Shown one piece after another: positions 58,771 to 64,000 of a DNA stretch of 64,000 bases (positions are counted from its first letter, which is position 1; each line of letters opens with the position of its first letter). Made by a program: the position numbers and the translations under genes. This stretch comes from a virus (lineage: Duplodnaviria > Heunggongvirae > Uroviricota > Caudoviricetes): IMG/VR virus record IMGVR_UViG_3300006204_000001. One strand, 5' to 3'. A model generated the notes under the pieces. It did no database searches and was not told where the DNA came from. It was given only the letters and a program-made list of their open reading frames with translations.

Positions 58771-60703
58771 ATTTCATATATTCGTATTCACCATTCTCTG
58801 TCAAATCTATATATTTAATCCAAAAATCATATGGTGCTTCCATTCTATCTCCTATAGATATAGTTTCTAGATTTAATGATTCTTCTGTCAACGTAATAGC
58901 AGCAAATGTATGACCAGTAATATTTGATCCACCTAATGTAGTCCATTCTTCAGGTGTTGTTTGATATTGCCATGAACCCCCTGCTTCTATAATCCTATAT
59001 CGTTTACAGTTATAAGCTTTAGATAATACCCTACTAGATCTCATGTTCCTATCAATACTAATTGTACCTGTAAATCTAATACAATATGAATAATCACCCA
59101 TCTCATATACTTTTCCTGGTTTATATTTTTGAGGGTGCATAGTTATTTTATTCATATAAATAGTATATGGATTAGTAGGTGATGATGGATCAGGTAATCC
59201 AGCTATCATTGGAACCATCATCTCAGCAAGATCAGTAATCTTTATCTCATGTGCATATGCATCATTTGGATATCTAGTATTACCAATTAATGATCCATTT
59301 GAACATTGTATCTTTCTCGGTAATACTGCCATATCTCTGATATGTCTTGTTTCAATAGCATTACTTACAATATGACGATTATATACAGCATTCTCATATA
59401 ATTCATTTTCTGTAATCCAATCTAAGTAAGCTATTCTTCTTAATCCTGCAACTTGAACATCATCAGACATTGTATCCATATCATTATTAATAAAATATCT
59501 TATAGTACCATTCATAGTACCTTTAATTATACTTATATCTGTAATATAATGTCTTTTATCAATATCATCTTTTTTATAATAATCTTGTAATACATCTGAT
59601 AATGTACTATCTAATAGACCATTAGAATCAAGAATATAATCTACAATAGCTCCCATGTTTAATGTTATACCATCTATAGAATCATGGAATTGATTTTCAT
59701 TAAATTTCCAATATGTTCCAAGATGTGAATAATCCCAATAATATCTTCCATCTGTATCTATTCTACATACTGCAATTTCATTATGTGAATCAATACCATA
59801 TCGTACAAAATATATTTGTCTATAATATTTTTTAGTTGCTCTAGGTACATCATCTCTATGATCTACTATATGTACATTTGCTATCCAATCTTCCAGTTCT
59901 GGTAGTGTCCCATTAAATTCTTCTATGGATTCTCTTACATACTCAACAATAGATCTTGTAGTAGGATATTGCTTATTATTTGCAGTAATATTATTGAATA
60001 TATCTACTTTGTTAATTTTATCTTCTTTAGTATCAAATACTTCACAATGAGCATTCTCATCAACATAATGTCCATCCATTGTATCTACTACACGATTTAT
60101 TCTATCATCTATACCTTGATCTAATTCATCTACTCTGGTCCATAGTTTCATTAAATTACGTCTAATATCAATATGAGTAAGGTAATTAGTAGAAATATTG
60201 TGTTTATTGATTTGCTCATTAACATATTCTGTCAGCACATTATCTGTGTTAAGTTGTTCAAATGTCACTCTATGTGGATTGCTAGAAGTATCCATTACAT
60301 GATCATACAAATCTTGAATATTCATATGAAAATTATAATTATCTAACATAGATAATACTGCTTCTCTTTGAGGTCCAGATAGTGGTTTATCTGCATCTGA
60401 TGTATTATCCACTCTTCCAAGTTTTACATCTGCTTTCGTAATTATGACATCATCTGTTTTTCCATTTACAGATGTAACTGGAAATATTACTTTACCTTTA
60501 CCACCTGTAATTATTTCAAACTCTAATTCTTCTAATATAGTGCGTAAAGATTTTAAGTCAGGAGTTTTATCATCAAATACTTGATCTATAGTAGTAGAAG
60601 GAGCTATCTGATCAATTTTTGTTGTAGCAGGATTATTTTCATCTTCTAATACAAATAAATCACGTGGTAATAATCCATTTAATCTTTTTATATTTTCATT
60701 CAT
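58769..60703 (-). CDS. tail-fibre-like virion protein
   Basis: VTSVNGKT, LGRVDNTSDADKPLS, NPHRVT; paralog of 26009 and 53485. Confidence 0.65.
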   Translation of the reverse strand: MNENIKRLNGLLPRDLFVLEDENNPATTKIDQIAPSTTIDQVFDDKTPDLKSLRTILEELEFEIITGGKGKVIFPVTSVNGKTDDVIITKADVKLGRVDNTSDADKPLSGPQREAVLSMLDNYNFHMNIQDLYDHVMDTSSNPHRVTFEQLNTDNVLTEYVNEQINKHNISTNYLTHIDIRRNLMKLWTRVDELDQGIDDRINRVVDTMDGHYVDENAHCEVFDTKEDKINKVDIFNNITANNKQYPTTRSIVEYVRESIEEFNGTLPELEDWIANVHIVDHRDDVPRATKKYYRQIYFVRYGIDSHNEIAVCRIDTDGRYYWDYSHLGTYWKFNENQFHDSIDGITLNMGAIVDYILDSNGLLDSTLSDVLQDYYKKDDIDKRHYITDISIIKGTMNGTIRYFINNDMDTMSDDVQVAGLRRIAYLDWITENELYENAVYNRHIVSNAIETRHIRDMAVLPRKIQCSNGSLIGNTRYPNDAYAHEIKITDLAEMMVPMIAGLPDPSSPTNPYTIYMNKITMHPQKYKPGKVYEMGDYSYCIRFTGTISIDRNMRSSRVLSKAYNCKRYRIIEAGGSWQYQTTPEEWTTLGGSNITGHTFAAITLTEESLNLETISIGDRMEAPYDFWIKYIDLTENGEYEYMK

Positions 60704-60757
60704 TATATTCTATACCTCCTATTTTTATCGGTTTATTATTAAACAGATCGTTCGTGA

Positions 60758-60770
60758 AATTATATATTCT
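60758..60770 (+). promoter_or_regulatory. putative early-type promoter motif
   Basis: AATTATATATTCT. Confidence 0.45.
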
Positions 60771-60882
60771 TTATACAGAAAGGAGGAAACATAAAAAAAA
60801 TAAATATTGAAGAAAAGATAGAAATTATAATGTAATTAGAGGAAGAATTGAATTAATATTTTATAAAGGAGGAAAAATAATT

Positions 60883-61386
60883 ATGAAATTAATATTTAAT
60901 AGAAAATATCATGATACAACTGATTCACCAGAGAAAATATTTTATGAAATAACAGCAGAATTATATAGTAAATTTAGTCATATATTAAAAGAAAATCAAA
61001 CTATAAGTGAAATTAATATTTCAATTTATTCAAAAGATGTTACAGATATAACGAATGATGATCTGTTAAGTTTATTATTATATAACGATTTTATATCAGG
61101 AAGAAATCTTGATAAAATCGATAAAGCTGTTCATTTAGAAATGATAATGAAAATGTTATATAAAAAAGGATGGAATAATGATAATTTAACTGATAATCAA
61201 TTATTAGATTATCTTATTACAATATGTAGAAATTATAATAATACTCTATATCGTGAAATAAACACATCTGGAACAATATGTACATGGAAAATAATTAATA
61301 AAATACTTAAAGAAGCTCATGTTCCATACTCATTAAATTTAATAACTATTAATGATGTAAGTATTATCAAGATTGAAAAGGTATAA
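60883..61386 (+). CDS. hypothetical protein (local paralog family)
   Basis: C-terminal IINKILKEAHVPYSL motif. Confidence 0.7.
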   Translation: MKLIFNRKYHDTTDSPEKIFYEITAELYSKFSHILKENQTISEINISIYSKDVTDITNDDLLSLLLYNDFISGRNLDKIDKAVHLEMIMKMLYKKGWNNDNLTDNQLLDYLITICRNYNNTLYREINTSGTICTWKIINKILKEAHVPYSLNLITINDVSIIKIEKV

Positions 61387-61422
61387 AAAAATAAAGGGGA
61401 CCATAAATCCCCCTTTATTTTT
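61387..61422. terminator. bidirectional terminator
   Basis: AAATAAAGGGGA-loop-TCCCCCTTTATTT. Confidence 0.8.
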
Positions 61423-62296
61423 AGTCCTTTATTCTTTCAATAATATATTTATCATCAGAATTTAATGGTTTTTTTCTCAATCTATTAATAACTTTTTTAA
61501 TTTTATATGGATACTTATGATATACAAATATATTATTTAATAAATCAATTTTAGTATCTAATTCAAACTTAGATTCTAAATTTATTACACAATTATCAAT
61601 ACCATAAATTCCTTTATAAATGATTATAAAAGTTTTTATAAATTGATCTTTTATATATTCTTCCGTTAAATAATTATATGAATTTTGTTGAATATAATCT
61701 AACATATCATTCTCAGTTATAATAAACATCTTCTCATCATCAGAATAAATATCATTTATTTTATTAGGATCTTCTTTAGTATTTATAAGCTTAAATACTA
61801 TATTACCGGAAGGAAATGTCTTTCTTATAATCTTGAATGATAAATTATGTGATTCTAAAATATTATTGATTGAATCAGTATCATATGTTATCTTTTCTTC
61901 TGCCTCAATAAATGCTTCTCTATATAATATAGAAAATTGCTGTCTAAATAAACCATAAGAAGTCCCATTCATTTGACAATTTATAGAATAAATACTATTC
62001 AAAAATGTTAAAAATCTTGCTAAAGAATTCTCAGATTTCACATTAAATGATATAGCATCTAAAGTATTTCTTTCAACATTAACATGAACGATTTCCTTTA
62101 TATCATTTATATGGCAATCAGTCTTTTCTTCTTCTATGTCATCAAATTTTACACCTATAAGATTAAGATCAAATTTTGTTATAGCAATATTTTTAATATC
62201 ACATATAGATGTAATTAATTCATTTACTAGCATAACATGATTACATTTTGATGGTTTAACTTCATCATGCGATATTTTTATTTCTTCATATTCCAT
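61421..62296 (-). CDS. hypothetical protein (local paralog family)
   Basis: INNILESHNLSFKI and LNNIFVYHKYPYKI repeats. Confidence 0.7.
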   Translation of the reverse strand: MEYEEIKISHDEVKPSKCNHVMLVNELITSICDIKNIAITKFDLNLIGVKFDDIEEEKTDCHINDIKEIVHVNVERNTLDAISFNVKSENSLARFLTFLNSIYSINCQMNGTSYGLFRQQFSILYREAFIEAEEKITYDTDSINNILESHNLSFKIIRKTFPSGNIVFKLINTKEDPNKINDIYSDDEKMFIITENDMLDYIQQNSYNYLTEEYIKDQFIKTFIIIYKGIYGIDNCVINLESKFELDTKIDLLNNIFVYHKYPYKIKKVINRLRKKPLNSDDKYIIERIKD

Positions 62297-62308
62297 TTAT
62301 ACATCCTC

Positions 62309-63478
62309 CTAAAATCTTCTTTGTATTTCTATTGAATATTTAGTAACTTTATTAAATGTTATATTAAATCCGTGAGAATAAAACATGCGATTACATAAAA
62401 TTATATTAGGAATATTCCATGTATCATTTAAGACAGTATTATCCAATATACTTAATGTATTAATACAAATCATTACTGGTATATATCTGCTATCTTTAGT
62501 ATCAAGTCTCAATTTTTTATTGTTAAAAAATATATAATCAAAATAATCTTTAATTATATCATATATATATCTTTCTTCATAAAATGTTGATATTGAAAGT
62601 TGTTTACCAATTTTAGCATAATTATTATAATAATCATCATTGTTATTTTTCTTTATCATATACATTGATGAACCTAATAACTTATATAACTTATTAAGAT
62701 TTTTTATGGTATTAACAGCTAATTCATTATTATATGATGATAATATATATTTAATTGATTTATCAGTAAATCCCTCTTTTTCAGTATAAATAGAATTGAT
62801 AACTGAACCAATTAAATGTTGTATAAGGCTATCATCATAAAGATCATGTAATGAAGAATTTTTAATTTTTATTGTCGATAATACCATATTGAGAAATACC
62901 ATATTACTCATAATGAGTTTAATATTTTTTTTATCTTCGGAATACAATGCAAAAGGTATACCTGTACTAATAAAGATATTATTAAATTTTTCACATAATA
63001 ATCTTACATTAGTATGAAATAAAGTTTCAACATCGCTACGATTTAATGAATAAATGCTAAATGTTGTTAAATATTTATTTATAACATTAATTGTATCATT
63101 GTCAAGATTAATTCCTTCACCATATAATTGAAGATATAAAAGATATAACCACATTGAAAATTTTACTTTATTACATTCATTAATTGAAAATTCATGGTTA
63201 TTTAAAACTTCAAATAATTTTTTATAAGAAGTATCTTTTTCATCAATTTTAATATCTCCTCTCTTAAAATCTTCAGGATTCATAGTAGTAATAAAACTAG
63301 TAGGTTCATCATCAAAATATTCTAATTCTAATTTTGCTTTAGTAAAGATATTATCCCTTGGAGTATAATTCTTAAAGAATTCATATAATAAATTAAATAC
63401 CAAAAGATCTGATCCTTCTGCATCATTGCTATCACATTTAGACTCAATTGTAATACTTTTCATTTCTTTGTTTTCCAT
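62309..63478 (-). CDS. hypothetical protein (local paralog family)
   Basis: FNNIFISTGIPFAL, LNKLYKLLG, CNRMFYSHGFNITF repeats. Confidence 0.7.
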   Translation of the reverse strand: MENKEMKSITIESKCDSNDAEGSDLLVFNLLYEFFKNYTPRDNIFTKAKLELEYFDDEPTSFITTMNPEDFKRGDIKIDEKDTSYKKLFEVLNNHEFSINECNKVKFSMWLYLLYLQLYGEGINLDNDTINVINKYLTTFSIYSLNRSDVETLFHTNVRLLCEKFNNIFISTGIPFALYSEDKKNIKLIMSNMVFLNMVLSTIKIKNSSLHDLYDDSLIQHLIGSVINSIYTEKEGFTDKSIKYILSSYNNELAVNTIKNLNKLYKLLGSSMYMIKKNNNDDYYNNYAKIGKQLSISTFYEERYIYDIIKDYFDYIFFNNKKLRLDTKDSRYIPVMICINTLSILDNTVLNDTWNIPNIILCNRMFYSHGFNITFNKVTKYSIEIQRRF

Positions 63479-63524
63479 AATTAATTTCTCCTTTATTAAA
63501 AATATTTATTAATATTACATTATT

Positions 63525-63537
63525 AGAATATATAATT
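63525..63537 (-). promoter_or_regulatory. putative early-type promoter motif
   Basis: AATTATATATTCT on the minus strand upstream of 63478. Confidence 0.45.
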
Positions 63538-63578
63538 GAACGCAGAAATAAAATTTAGTAAAGAAGGGAAAATAAATC

Positions 63579-64000
63579 ATGATAAATTTAAATCAACCTA
63601 CATTAACTTTATTTGAGATAAATAGAAAACAAAATAATGTTATACCACCTAAAGGATCAAATTCATTTTACAATATAGGAGAAGGAATTATAAATCTATT
63701 TACTATTAGAGATAATCCTGATAATTATAGATTTGATTTATATACTGATAGAAATACTGTATATACAGGAGTAGGTAATTTTATAATATCTGGAGAAATA
63801 AATGATATTAATAAACCATATAAATCACTAAATATTATTCCTAATACACAATTATCAGTTACACAAAGACTTACTATTGATAATTATGGAATTTTAATTG
63901 TCCATGGTACATTAGAATTATTAAAAGGATCTCAATTATATATAGGAAAAAATACTACTATAATATTTTATAAAGATTCCAAATTAAAAATAAATGAAGA
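63579..64000 (+). CDS. 5' part of a gene truncated by the window end
   Basis: GAAGGG RBS, ATG 63579 (MINLNQPTLTLFEINRK...), frame appears open to the end of the window. Confidence 0.6.
   Translation, partial: MINLNQPTLTLFEINRKQNNVIPPKGSNSFYNIGEGIINLFTIRDNPDNYRFDLYTDRNTVYTGVGNFIISGEINDINKPYKSLNIIPNTQLSVTQRLTIDNYGILIVHGTLELLKGSQLYIGKNTTIIFYKDSKLKINE

Noticed and set aside
60779-60860. AGGAGG RBS followed by a short ATA-initiated frame
   Set aside because: Only 14 codons and no canonical start; at most a decayed remnant
1-64000. Stop-codon reassignment (alternative genetic code)
   Set aside because: Coding density is high under code 11, and TAA, TAG and TGA all end genes next to RBSs or terminators
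1-64000. CRISPR array, tRNA, rRNA, integrase, transposase or reverse transcriptase (DGR)
   Set aside because: No repeat-spacer array, cloverleaf or catalytic motifs recognised; intergenic gaps are short and AT-rich; no template/variable repeat pair seen

Overview
64 kb segment of a very AT-rich, densely coding jumbo phage genome. It uses the standard genetic code and strong AGGAGG ribosome-binding sites, which suggests a Bacillota/Clostridia host. Gene content and promoter motifs resemble the AR9/PBS1/phiKZ-like jumbo myoviruses (inference). The window interleaves nucleotide and DNA metabolism genes (RNA ligase, thymidylate kinase, ThyX, SbcC/Rad50 ATPase, 5'-3' exonuclease) with virion genes (baseplate and tail-tube-like proteins, three large paralogous fibre-like proteins, Ig-like and vWA proteins). 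Most notable observations: (1) a 984-aa protein with ~87 cysteines in CxxxC register that resembles a giant radical-SAM CXXX-repeat target, plus a candidate accessory protein hidden behind an internal start; (2) two large multidomain proteins (transglutaminase-like, HExxH, ART-like, SMI1/KNR4, permuted papain) with domains separated by putative prohead-protease sites; (3) three short paralogous fibre/receptor-binding genes sitting next to long odd-centred palindromes; (4) an unannotated -1 frame extension of a baseplate/tail chaperone gene, probably a programmed frameshift; (5) a stand-alone EndoU-like nuclease gene; (6) a chimeric terminator; (7) two classes of phage promoter motif. No tRNA, rRNA, CRISPR array, integrase or reverse transcriptase was seen. 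All family assignments come from motif recognition by eye, without database searches.
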